In this document: positions 37,512-50,488 of the stretch, one piece after another | How the letters are laid out: each line of letters opens with the position of its first letter | How positions within the stretch are numbered: the first letter of the stretch is position 1 | NCBI GenBank assembly: GCA_964016885.1 | Contig: OZ024745.1 | Coordinates: forward strand, 89,528,001-89,592,000 | Reading direction: 5' to 3' | Length of the DNA: 64,000 nt | Source of the DNA: Eledone cirrhosa | Lineage: Eukaryota | The notes under the pieces: model-generated | What the model saw: the letters and a program-made list of their open reading frames with translations, nothing else | The model's database searches: none | Told to the model about the DNA's origin: nothing | Program-made: the position numbers and the translations under genes

Positions 37512-40191
37512 ATACTTTGGGAGGGTCATGTTGCCAATAAGAAACACACGCACCAGTTGCTTTCACTTCAATTTATTATAATAAATTTATAAATTTATAA
37601 ATTTCTGGTTGGTTGGTCGGTTGGTTTCACAAACAGAGAGTTGTTTATATATTGTCATAGTTCTTTCGTCACACACTCTGTGACCTCTTCAGTAACTGGG
37701 GATTCCTTTCTTTGTTTCTGTGTCTCTCCTTTGTTCTGTCCTACGCCATTTTGTTTCTGTGTGTGTGTTTTGTGCTCAGTCTGCGCATGCGCCACATCCG
37801 GGTGTCTGTGTGTGTTTATGTTCATTTATTTACTTGTTTATTTACATGTTACTGGTTGGTTTTTTGTTCTATGTGTGTGTGTGTTTTCATTTTGTCCTTA
37901 ATTGTAAGTTGTGATGTTGCTGTTCCACTCATATTTTCTATTTAATTTTGGTTGTAATTCTTTTATGTTTATTGCCTCTGTAATTTGTCTAAACATTGCG
38001 TCTTTTCTGTGTGTAGATTCTATTTTTATTTCTATGTTCTCTAATTTACCCTTGTGTTCTATTTTAGTATGTTGGTAGAGTACAGATGATTCTTTACTAT
38101 CTTGAAGGTCTCGCCAGTGTTCATTTATCCGTTCTCCTACACTACGAGCTGTCTCACCTATGTACACTATATTTTTGTCTCTACATTGTCCTTCAGTACA
38201 TCTCATGCTATACACTACATTTCTAGTTTTGCAGTTAATATGGGGGCTTATTTTACAGGTTATACATTTCTTATCTATACATGAGGGTGTTTGAAAAGGG
38301 TATGTCTTGCTAATGAGTGTTTTTACGGAGGTACCTGGTCTTTCTACTATCTTAATATTGAGTTTGTGTTTGTTTAGGGCCCTTCTAAATTTGTAAGCTA
38401 ATTCCCCTCTAGGGGTTGTATCGATGAACATTACACTCTGGTATTTATTGCTATCATACCATGAGTTTATTCTATTAGCCTTGTTCCTAGTTCTTTCTAT
38501 TCTATTCCGAAATTTGCTCCTATACAAGGGGCATGTCCTATTTATGTCATTACTTACCATTTTTCCTCATTTGGTTCTAGCTCCTCTATACACTCTGATT
38601 TTATCTCTCTGATTGTAGCCAGAGAACTGCATACGGTGGATGAAGTGTTGTATGTGTCTCTCTAGTTCTTCGGGGTTGCACATGCGGGACACGTTTCTCA
38701 TCACCCGTACCAAATCCGCAATCAGTATGTTGATTTTGGTATGGTCCGAAACGGCCGAGTTTCGGTGGATCAGATGTTTGGAAGTCATGGGTTTGGCATA
38801 ATGGGAATGGAGGATTTGTTTTTTGTTGTTAATGGTATCTAACCAGAGCTCTGTGTCTAGTACAGGTAATCGATGGTTGGGGTGTTTACTTGGGTAGTCT
38901 ATAGTAACTCTAATGCTCTGGTGGATGGAGTTTGCTATTTGCTGGATGCTTTCCATTGTGTTTTTCTCTAGTTCCTGACTGTTCTCTAGTGCGGGTGTCT
39001 TAACTACGATGTTTATATCATCAACGTAGCGAGAGTACATTATCAGGGTTAAGGGGGCTTCTAATTGTTCTTTAAGTTTAAGTTTAAGTCTACTGTCTCA
39101 CCATACCATGAATAAGTTAGCTATGTCGCTTGCAATGCTAACACCAATGGCTGCTCCTTCCTCTTGGGCATATGTTTTTCCATTAAATTTGAACATATGT
39201 TCCTTAAGGGTTAGTTTTATGCTGGTCCCTACCGCATGTGCAATCATTTTCTTCAGTTCATCGTGGTTTTCGGGTGTCTGTATGGCTCTTGTCCACCCGT
39301 TCCATCTATCTGTGTGGGTTTTCTTGGCCATTGAGGTAATGGTAGGTGGTCTGCCTCTTGCTGGTCTTGTAGGGCACAGGTTTTTACGGTCATATGTGTC
39401 TAGGTAATTATTACTATAGGTAAGTTTAAGTAGGAGTCCTAGCTCACTGGTATCAATCCCACGGAACTCAACATTGCTCACACTGATCATTTCTACGCCT
39501 TTCTCCACAGCAAAATCCACGTCAATAGATGGATACCGGGACACAACATCCATACTACCTATTATGCAGTTTGTTAGGTCCCTAGATCGGTTACTTACGC
39601 CGATTCTGCTGAGGAGGTCCTCCGTGTTGTCACATACATCTGGGGACATTTGAATGATGGGGCGTATGATCAGGGAGAGGAAGTAGAACAGTCTGTAGTT
39701 ACTAGCAATGTTAGCTCCACAGACTGACCGTGTTGGTGACAGGGTCACTGCCCGTTTTATGGTCTTTTCGAAGCCCATACAGCGCCGGCACGTCATTGTT
39801 CCAGGCCTGCAAGTTGCTGGCAGTCCTTTTGTTGGGCTGCATTATATTCGTCCACATCACCATATGGGCATTGAGGGCTTTTTCTCTATCCTCATGCTCC
39901 TGTGGTGTTACCTCTCTTTTGTTAGTGATGTGGGGTTGCATTGTCTGGATGTAGTTTGGCAGGCTGTCAACCGACATTCTGCCAGATTTGTCTGTTGGAA
40001 AGCATGCTATCTCTCCATTACGTGAGCGCTGCATGAGCTTACGCAAGCCATTTGCAGATTTTTCTCCCAGTTGCTGGGCCTCCATTCTATTATGCGTCTT
40101 GCTATACTGTTCTATAATATTTCTAAGTTCGGATCTAGCTATACTAAATTGTGCTTCTGTTTGTTCATCGACTTGCGACGGCAATTGCGTG
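37508..40191 (-). mobile_element. PLE (Neptune-like layout: RT, Cys-rich linker, GIY-YIG), left arm of inverted pair
   Basis: PTDKSG, LYGLRKDHK, SMDVVS.YPSI, QEEGAAIG, SRYVDD, LPVLD, NVVYSMRC..C..YIGETARS..RINEH; HHR at 37654-37696. Confidence 0.93.
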
Positions 40192-42411
40192 CATCATTGA
40201 AATGTCCCCAGATGTATGTGACAGCACGGAGGACCTCCTCAGCAGAATCGGCGTGAGTAACCGATCTAGGGACCTCACAAACTGCATAATAGGTAGTATG
40301 GATGTTGTGTCCCTGTATCCATCTATTGACGTGGATTTTGCTGTGGAGAAATGCGTAGAAATGATCAGTGAAAGCAATGTTGAGTTCCGTGGGATTGATA
40401 CCAGTGAGCTGGGACTCCTACTTAAACTTACCTATAGTAATAATTACCTAGACACATATGACCTTACCAACCTGTGCCCTACAAGACCAGCAAGAGGCAT
40501 ACCACCTACCATTACCTCAATGGCCAAGAAAACCCACACAGATAGATGGAACGGGTGGAGCAGAGCCATACGGACACCCGAAAACCACGATGAACTGAAG
40601 AAAATGATTGCACATGCGGTAGGGGCCAGCATAAAACTAACCCTTAAGGAACATATGTTCAAATTTAATGGAAAAACATATGCCCAAGAGGAAGGAGCAG
40701 CCATTGGTGTTAGCATTGCAAGTGACATAGCTAACTTATTCATGGTATGGTGTGACAGTAGACTTAAACTTAAACTTAAAGAACAATTAGAAGCCCCCTT
40801 AACCCTGATAATGTACTCCCGCTAAGCTGATGATATAAACATCGTAGTTAAGTCACCCGCTCTAGAGAACAGTCAGGAACTAGAGAAAAACACAATGGAA
40901 AGCATCCAGCAAATAGCAAACTCCATCCACCAGAGCATTAGAGTTACTATAGACTACCCAAGTAAACACCCCAACCATCGATTACCTGTACTAGACACAG
41001 AGCTCTGGTTAGATACCATTAACAACAAAAAACAAATCCTCCATTCCCATTATGCCAAACCCATGACTTCCAAACATCTGATCCACCGAAACTCGGCCGT
41101 TTCGGACCATACCCAAATCAACATACTGATTGCGGATTTGGTACGGGTGATGAGAAACGTGTCCCGCATGTGCAACCCCGAAGAACTAGAGAGACACATA
41201 CAACACTTCATCCACCGTATGCAGTTCTCTGGCTACAATCAGAGAGATAAAATCAGAGTGTATAGAGGAGCTAGAACCAAATGAGGAAAAATGGTAAGTA
41301 ATGACATAAATAGGACATGCCCCTTGTATAGGAGCAAATTTCGGAATAGAATAGAAAGAACTAGGAACAAGGCTAATAGAATAAACTCATGGTATGATAG
41401 CAATAAATACCAGAGTGTAATGTTCATCAATACAACCCCTAGAGGGGAATTAGCTTACAAATTTAGAAGAGCCCTAAACAAACATAAACTCAATATTAAG
41501 ATAGTAGAAAGACCAGGTACCTCCGTAAAAACACTCATTAGCAAGACATACCCTTTTCAAAGACCCTCATGTATAGATAAGAAATGTATAACCTGTAAAA
41601 TAAGCCCCCATATTAACTGCAAAACTAGAAATGTAGTGTATAGCATAAGATGTACCTAAGGACAATGTAAATACAAAAATATAGTGTACATATGTGAGAC
41701 AGCTCGTAGTGTAGGAGAACGGATAAATGAACACTGGCGAGACCTTCAAGATAGTAAAGAATCATCTGTACTCTACCAACATACTAAAATAGAACACAAG
41801 GGTAAATTAGAGAACATAGAAATAAAAATAGAATCTACACACAGAAAAGACGCAATGTTTAGACAAATTACAGAGGCAGTAAGCATAAAAGAATTACAAC
41901 CAAAATTAAATAGAAAATATGAGTGGAACAGCAACATCACAACTTACAATTAAGGACAAAATGAAAACACACACACACATAGAACAAACAACCAACCAGT
42001 AACATGTAAATAAACAAATAAATAAGCGAACATAAACACACACAGACACCCGGATGTGGCGCATGCGCAGACTGAGCACACAACACACACACAGAAACAA
42101 AATGGCGTAGGACAGAACAAAGGAGAGGCACAGAAATAAAGAAAGGAATCCCTAGTCACTGAAGAGGTCACAGAGTGTGTGACGAAAGAACTATGACTAT
42201 ATATAAGCAACTATCTTGTTGTGGAACCAACCAACCAACCAGAAATTAATAAATTTATAAATTTATTATAAATGTATTATAATAAATTGAAGTGAAAGCA
42301 ACTGGTGCGTGTGTTTCTTATTGGCAACATGACCCGTCCAAAGTATAACAATATCGGTTTCAACACACGATTTCAGATAAAGAATCTTGCTAAACAAATT
42401 CACAAACGAAA
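40192..42411 (+). mobile_element. Inverted second copy of the same PLE (right arm)
   Basis: 40192-42352 is the reverse complement of 37508-39659 with scattered substitutions. Confidence 0.93.
42153..42199 (+). ncRNA. Minimal type I HHR, GAAC-loop family
   Basis: TAGTCA-CTGAAGA-G-GTCAC/GTGAC-GAAA-GAAC-TA-TGACTA; copies at 37654-37696, 45072-45114, 50699-50743 (-). Confidence 0.8.
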
Positions 42412-42589
42412 TATATATATATATATATATAATTAGATAATTTGTATTCCAATGTTACTAAGTAGTTGCATTGGATGGAGTCAACTGACGTCAGAGATTG
42501 CTCAACGTATAATAAAGTGTGTTTTAAAATCCGGAGAAAATATGGAGAAAAAATTTACGAAATGGAAATGCGGGTATATAGAATTTATT

Positions 42590-42706
42590 AGGTAACAATT
42601 GTTTCTATAGTGTATGAGTTACCTATACCTCGCTATTTGAATAATACACAAATATTATCAAAAACCGAAAGTACACTGTAAGCCAACACACCATGTCATC
42701 AGACCT
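42590..42706 (-). ncRNA. Type I HHR, C·A/GUU variant
   Basis: Mirror of 44628-44744. Confidence 0.72.
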
Positions 42707-44627
42707 TTGTATTAGAATGATATGAAAATATTTTATACACTAGATAAAAGATAAAGAAGGAGGTAGGAAGAGAAGGGGAAGAGGGAAGTGAGTAAGGTGG
42801 AGGGAGTCTTAGGGTTTAAGACTGTCAGACTAGTAGAGATTGTGAAGAGAGAATGTTTTGGCAGCAGTTAGCTTAATGAGGCGTGCTAAGGTTGGCTGGG
42901 AAATAGATACTTCTAGTGGTGTTGTTCGGACAAAATTTAGTTAGAGGGGTCAAAGTGGTACAATGTCACAGACAAGTTATTAGGGCTATTATAGTAGCAG
43001 GTTATTTCTAAAGGGGTCCAGAAAAACAGTGTTTAATACTATTATTATAGAAAGTCATATCTAGTGTATAAACATATAAGACAGAAATTTGCAAACGTTG
43101 GTGTAAAAAGGTAACATTATATGCATTTAAAAAAAGAAGTCGTTTTCAAACGATGGTTACAGTATAGAGAACGTTCAATTTTGCTGTTCAAAAGTTTGTT
43201 TGCCGACGTTAAAATGCAGTATATCTCTAAATTGCATAACTTACAGAATCGATGATTTTGCTGATATGCAGGCGCAGCTGCAATAATTTGCCAATCAAGG
43301 GAGAACGCTTGATTGTTCCTCCGAAGCTGCCAGGCTTTATCGGCGAGGGTTGTTACGGAGCGCATTTTCTCGTGCCTGATCGAAGATCGATGTTGGTATA
43401 GGCGAGCCTTGAAGAAGTTGCGGTACATCCGACGTAATACCATTTGTTGGTCCCGGAATTTATTGTACACCGGTAGACAATATTGCGTGCTAGGCACTAG
43501 TTATTCAGTGGGCACGTACCTGGTTTGGTGCAGTTACAACTATTTTTATGTTTTGCAGTAGAATCCTGGATAGTTTGGTGGGGTTGCGGTTGCGTGTTAG
43601 TGCGTTGCATTAGACTCTCATACTCCACTGCACCTAACATAGAACGACTAATTAGAAAACTCAACTCAGCAATACTGAATAAGTACATCCCTAATGACTC
43701 AGCGCACCAGCATAGCAACATGCAACGCACTAACACGCAACCGCAACCCCACCAAACTATCCAGGATTCTACTGCAAAACATAAAAATAGTTGTAACTGC
43801 ACCAAACCAGGTACGTGCCCACTGAATAACTAGTGCCTAGCACGCAATATTGTCTACCGGTGTACAATAAATTCCGGGACCAACAAATGGTATTACGTCG
43901 GATGTACCGCAACTTCTTTCAAGGCTCGCCTATACCAACATCGATCTTCGATCAGGCACGAGAAAATGCGCTCCGTAACAACCCTCGCCGATAAAGCCTG
44001 GCAGCTTCGGAGGAACAATCAAGCGTTCTCCCTTGATTGGCAAATTATTGCAGCTGCGCCTGCATATCAGCAAAATCATCGATTCTGCAAGTTATGCAAT
44101 TTAGAGATATACTGCATTTTAACGTCGGCAAACAAACTTTTGAACAGCAAAATTGAACGTTCTCTATACTGTAACCATCGTTTGAAAACAACTTTTTCTT
44201 TTTTTAGATGCATATAATGTTACCTTTTTACACCAACGTTTGCAAATTTCTGTCTTATATGTTTATACACGAGATATGACTTTCTATAATAATAGTACTA
44301 AACACTGTTTTTCTGGACCCCTTTAGAAATAACCTGCTACTATAATAGCCCTAATAACTTGTCTGTGACATTGTACCACTTTGACCCCTCTAACTAAATT
44401 TTGTCCGAACAACACCACTAGAAGTATCTACTTCCCAGCCAACCTTAGCACGCCTCATTAAGCTAACTGCTGCCAAAACATTCTCTCTTCACAATCTCTA
44501 CTAGTCTGACAGTCTTAAACCCTAAGACTCCCTCCACCTTACTCACTTCCCTCTTCCCCTTCTCTTCCTACCCCCTTCTTTATCTTTTATCTAGTGTATA
44601 TAATATTTTCATATCATTCTAATACAA

Positions 44628-44744
44628 AGGTCTGATGACATGGTGTGTTGGCTTACAGTGTACTTTCGGTTTTTGATAATATTTGTGTATTATTCAAATA
44701 GCGAGGTATAGGTAACTCATACACTATAGAAACAATTGTTACCT
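44628..44744 (+). ncRNA. Type I HHR, C·A/GUU variant with large loop II insert
   Basis: AGGT-CTGATGA-C-ATGGTGTG..TACACTAT-A-GAAAC-AATT-GTT-ACCT. Confidence 0.72.
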
Positions 44745-44781
44745 AATAAATTCTATATACCCGCATTTCCATTTCGTAAAT

Positions 44782-44842
<61 letters not shown>

Positions 44843-44857
44843 GAATATATATATATA

Positions 44858-45262
44858 TTTCGTTTCTGAATTTGTTTAGCAAGATGCTTGATATGAAAAC
44901 GTGTGTTGAAACAGATAGTGTTATACTTTGGGGGGGGGGGGTCATCTTGCCAATAAGAAACACACGCACCAGTTGCTTTCACTTCAAATTATTATAAATT
45001 AAATTTATAAATTTAGGAAGTTATAAATTTCCGCTTGGTTGGTTCCACAACCAGACGATTGTTCATATATTGTCAAAGTTCTTTCGTCACACATTCTTTG
45101 ACCTCTTCAGTGACTGGGAATTATTTTCTTTGTTTTTGTGCCTCTCCTTTGTTCTGTCCTACGCCATCTTGTTGTTGTGTGTGTTGTGTGCTTAGTTTGC
45201 GCATGTGTTACATCCGGCCCTCTGTGGGTGTTTATATTTGTTTATTTACATGTTACTGGTTG
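44858..45262 (-). mobile_element. Solo pLTR of the 37.5-42.4 kb PLE family
   Basis: Similar to reverse complement of 41995-42411; HHR at 45072-45114. Confidence 0.85.
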
Positions 45263-45518
45263 CTAATCTGAGATTAGAGCAAACATCACGGGCGCTCTAT
45301 CTCACAATTATTTTTGAAAAGCATTAGAAATGCGCAGCCGGTAAAAACTTAAAACTGAAACTGAATACTAACCAATACTTATTAACTTTTGCTTATTCCT
45401 AATTAAACTGTTTTTCACTGGGAAAAATTTGTCAGCATTTTCTTTTCCTTTTACTAATATATCACAACTCGTGTGTTACACCTCTATTCTTTTAAATATA
45501 TATATATATATATATATG

Positions 45519-45673
<155 letters not shown>

Positions 45674-45679
45674 ATAAAA

Positions 45680-47190
45680 TGTGGACAGGAGGCACATGAG
45701 TTAGGATATATATATATATATATGAACACCGGGAGAAAGAGACGATTATGAGGAAGAAAAATACATTTTTTTCATTTTTTTGTCTCTCTCTCTCCTTTTC
45801 TGGCTTAGACAATGATTAAAACGAAATGTTTTACTTTGTGTGAAGTGTTAAGGTATTAGTTGATTCATTTATTATTTAACAATGGCATTTATTTATCTAT
45901 TTATATATTTAATTATTGTCTATTACCGGTTTCTGCATTTATATGCATTATCAAATGATAGTGAAATGTATTAGTATGGTGTCGCACGTGTTAAACAGAA
46001 GGTGCAGAAAGAATAATGTTATATACGAACAAGGTTTAAGAAGTGAAAACAAAAAAGGAAAAAAAACGTGCATAATGTGGAACGTAAAAGGTCAATGTGG
46101 AAAAAAAATAATGTTATTTACAAGCACAGTCATTGAAGTTAAGCAGTTCAAAATGTGTTAATATCGCAAGAGTGCTTAGTTGAACCATGGTTCCGTGAAG
46201 GAGGCAAATGGTGGACTGGCTTGAAATGATTTCCCTTTTTAGAAAGTTAATATGCAGGGGAAGCAATTCTTGCTGGGTGATATTTAATTTATTTAAGAAA
46301 AAGGATTAGGTATGGTGTGAGGGAGGTAACTCTTGTAAATGTTTGATGGTTTGTTGCAGTTTTAGATTGGTCCGATTTCTAGGGCATTGAGTAGTGGTTG
46401 AGATTTATTAATGAAATGTGTTCTTTATTGGTGCGTTGGAGGAAAATAGCGTTGTCTATGAATTTGTAAATGGGGAATATTTTAAAGTTTGGATGTTGGT
46501 TGAGAGCACAATTGGCGATATGTTCACTAAATGCAATCTTTCTGTATTCCTGTATTTTAATTTGTGATTTATGGATGGTCATACGTTGACGAAGGCTGTT
46601 TTTTGTGTCTTATGTAGTGCTCTTGACAACCTGAGCAGGTCAAAACATAGGTAAGGTTTTCAGATGCACATGTAAAGTTGTGTTTAACTGTGAAACGTTG
46701 TCCTAGTTTAAAATGGAATGTTTACATCAATATAGCCCCTCCTGATTACCTTAAATTAAGACCCATAATAGCAGTCACCACATGTAAAACCCATCGCCTA
46801 AGCAACTTCCTAGATATTCTGCTTAAACGTTTCCTAAAACATATAAAAAGCTTCAAAAGGGACGACCTTGACATGCTCAACCACCTCCCAACAACACTCA
46901 AAAAGGAAGATACCCTAGAGTAACCTTTGATGTCATCAATTCATATTCCAATATCCCACACAACCTAGGTATACAGGCAATAGAATTCTGGATGGAAAAT
47001 TTCCCTAGTGAACTTCCACAGCGCATCCCTAAAGAAGTTGTGTTGGAGGGACTCAAATTCATCTTGGAAAACAATTTCTTCGAATTCAATGCCAAATACT
47101 ACTGACAGAAATCTTGGACTGCCATATGCACGAAAGAGCCCCCCTCATACGCCAACCTTGTCATGGGATATTTGGAAACCATTCTCTACA
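45680..47190. mobile_element. Decayed PLE with internal inversion: GIY-YIG and 3' UTR on - (to ~46700), RT fragment on + (~46720-47190)
   Basis: Minus: TCASENLTYVLTCSGC..RQRMTIHKSQI..SEHIANC; plus: LRPIIA, TFDV..YSNIPH, FILENNFFEFN, PSYANLVMGYLE. Confidence 0.82.
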
Positions 47191-47204
47191 TATACATATA
47201 CATA

Positions 47205-47246
<42 letters not shown>

Positions 47247-47458
47247 TTTACGTATCGAGAAAGAGAGAAAAAAAGGAGGGATAGGTGATACATATAGTTA
47301 TTTGCCAAGTAGCGTATGCCAAAGGTGCTCGATACTAGTGCCGGCAGTATTAAATATTCGAAGTGTTAATATTTAGTGGGCTAGAGAGTTAGCAGAGCGT
47401 AAGCACGTGGGAAAGTGAAAAATCGGAGAATAGACCGTTAAAACATGTTTATTTAAAA

Positions 47459-47503
47459 TATCACCTACGTACGTTTCGCCCAGTTGAGCTTCTCAAGGGC
47501 ATA
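47459..47503 (-). ncRNA. HHR with U3-A8 core
   Basis: Mirror of 49946-49990; stem II GCTC/GGGC. Confidence 0.6.
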
Positions 47504-49945
47504 AACAATCACAAGTGTTCCTTATATAGTTCGGAAAGAGTTTTGGGGGTTAAATCCACATCAAGATTCATTGCTCGCAAAAATATCTTGTTTTGATTTT
47601 GCAGCAGGTCAAGGGAGGTAACTTTGGCCGGTGTTAGGGCAGTCTTTCCCGGATATTTTTTGGTATGCAGGGATTGTTTTCTGGGTGTTATTTTGCTGCA
47701 CCTGCCCGCCGGGGTGTTAAGACTTGTTGCAGGGAGATCCAGTGTGCTATTTCACTCTTCATTCTTAACCCATCTAAAGAAGGATATTTTTAAGCGATGT
47801 GTGCAACTTATCGCTGTTTCAGCTCTGCTGTTGATGAGCTCGTGGGGTGCAGTTATGATGTGGTAGAGCTCCATGAGGCAAAGATCGCATTTCCTCTTGA
47901 AGTTGTACGGTGCAGCCCTGTCGACAATCTCCCAGTGCGTGGAGAAGCTAATGTTTAAGTCCTTTAGTGATGTGATGTAGTCCGCGAGCGAGGTGGAGTG
48001 CCTTAGTTTTCTATTTGTGAAAGAGTGGAGATGTGTTCGAAACCTAATTTTGAACGGGCCGGAGGTGGCCCCTATATAATGTTTAACGCTATTGTGGCTA
48101 GTAATAGTGCATCTATATATGACCCTATCGGTCAAGCAGTATCCTCTAAGGGGGCACCGTCCTCTGTCGCGGCAGTTGCACTTTCTGTCGCTGTTCCGTC
48201 TATTTCCCACGATAAGGCTATCATTGTTGCTGCCTACGTTGCTAGCTGCGCTACCGCAGCTGTCGTTAGCACAATTACAACCCACAGCACGCGGGATGGT
48301 GCAATTGTTATTCCGCACGCCATGTTTTGCATGCTCCCCAGTCACTTCGCGGTCATTCTGGTTGCGTCTGCGGATGCCGTTGCCAACACTATTGGATGCT
48401 GTCAGGGAGTTGTTAAGGCCGATACAGTTATTGTCAGGTGTAGGTGCGTCTGCGTCGAGATGCTGTGTTTTGGTGATCTTACTGTGGTTCGTTGTTCCTA
48501 TGATGTCTGCTAGGTTAGGAGTAGTAGAGAAGGATATTTTTATATTTTTCCTATTAAGAATTTTTATATACCTATGGTTGGGTGGGAAGTTCTTCTCCAA
48601 GGCTTCGAAGAATATCCGGGGTATGTTGCAGGCCACACTTCGAGAGTAGGGGGGTGGAACCATAGGACGTTACGGTGGCGATTACGTGTCCTTGTACTTT
48701 TGCTACGGGTGGTTCCATCTAAGTGATCGCTCTTATGTGTGTTAATGCGCTGTCGCCCGTTCGGTGCCCCTTTCACTTTATGCCCGGGTGCACTCTTTCT
48801 ACCACTTCCATGTTTATGTACACGAAGATGTTGGTTGGAAGGCGTTGGTAGTAGGCCGTCGCCTTTGTTGGTTTTGTAATAGGGGAATAGTTTGAGTAAT
48901 CTACAGTATTCACCGTCGCCGGGGACGTGATCTTTGGTGCGGTTATCTATTCTATTATATCCGACTTTAACGAGGTCGCCGCGTGATCGGTTATAGGTAT
49001 GGCTTACTATAACGTTAGTTTTATGAGGGGGGTGGTTTCTAGAGCTAGCGTTAGGGATGTAGGAAATTCCTCGGTTAAAGCCGGCGCTTATCAGGGCCCT
49101 ATTGTAGTAATCAGCCGCTTGGTTGAAGATATCCTCATTGGCGGATAGCCTCGAGATTCTATGTGAGATACTATAGACTATGGAGTTGAAAGTCTGCTTA
49201 GGGTGGTTGGAGGCATAATTAATATAAGAGAGGGACTCTCCAGGCTTATGGTATGGCTTGTATAAGCCCGTACTCAACTCCAGGGTCACGTCGAGGAAGT
49301 TGACAACCCTGTGGTTGAAGTCCATAAGCCTGGAGAGTGCACTATTACTAGCCACAATAGCGTTAAACATTATATAGGGGCCACCTCCGGCCCGTTCAAA
49401 ATTAGGTTTCGAACACATCTCCACTCTTTCACAAATAGAAAACTAAGGCACTCCACCTCGCTCGCGGACTACATCACATCACTAAAGGACTTAAACATTA
49501 GCTTCTCCACGCACTGGGAGATTGTCGACAGGGCTGCACCGTACAACTTCAAGAGGAAATGCGATCTTTGCCTCATGGAGCTCTACCACATCATAACTGC
49601 ACCCCACGAGCTCATCAATAGCAGAGCTGAAACAGCGATAAGTTGTACACATCGCTTAAAAATATCCTTCTTTAGATGGGTTAAGAATGAAGAGTGAAAT
49701 AGCACACTGGATCTCCCTGCAACAAGTCTTAACACCCCGGCGGGCAGGCGCAGCAAAATAACACCCAGAAAACAATCCCTGCATACCAAAAATTATCCGG
49801 GAAAGACTGCCCTAACACCGGCCAAAGTTACATCCCTTGACCTGCTGCAAAATCAAAACAAGATATTTTTGCGAGCAATGAATCTTGATGTGTATTTAAC
49901 CCCCAAAACTCTTTCCGAACTATATAAGGAACACTTGTGATTGTT

Positions 49946-49990
49946 TATGCCCTTGAGAAGCCCAACTGGGCGAAACGTACGTAGGTGATA
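49946..49990 (+). ncRNA. HHR with compensated U3-A8 core
   Basis: TATGCCC-TTGAGAA-GCCC-AACT-GGGC-GAAAC-GTAC-GTA-GGTGATA; stem I is interrupted. Confidence 0.65.
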
Positions 49991-50042
49991 TTTTAAATAA
50001 ATATGTTTTAACGGTCTATTCTCCGATTTTTCACTTTCCCAC

Positions 50043-50246
<204 letters not shown>

Positions 50247-50447
50247 CGAAGGAAATGTGGTAAGAAACCAGGTGGACCATAACGCACCAAAGTACTCAAT
50301 ACTTAATGTTACAGAGTGGGTAATAGGAACGGGTAGGACCCCGACGGCTGAGCTCAAGCTGTTACGACGAATAATTCTGGACACATATGTATATGTATAT
50401 GTATATATATATATATAGAAATACATATATATATATATATATGTATA

Positions 50448-50484
<37 letters not shown>

Positions 50485-50488
<4 letters not shown>

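Larger units (their letters stand above)
42552..44782. mobile_element. Inverted pair of PLE 3' halves (arms 42552-43590 - and 43720-44782 +)
   Basis: IRLSYSTAPN, CNCTKPGTCPL, WYYVGCTA, CKLCNLE, LLNSKIE..CNH; arms near identical. Confidence 0.92.

Noticed and set aside
38567-38569. In-frame TGA as selenocysteine recoding (known in some PLE clades)
   Set aside because: The position is Trp (TGG) in the copy at ~51594, not Cys, and no SECIS was recognised.
48564-49424. 286-aa ORF as an intact gene (also 39098-39796, 40151-40825, 43497-43833, 50937-51422)
   Set aside because: The N-termini are antisense or out-of-frame sequence read across inversion junctions or frameshifts; these are chimeric TE remnants.
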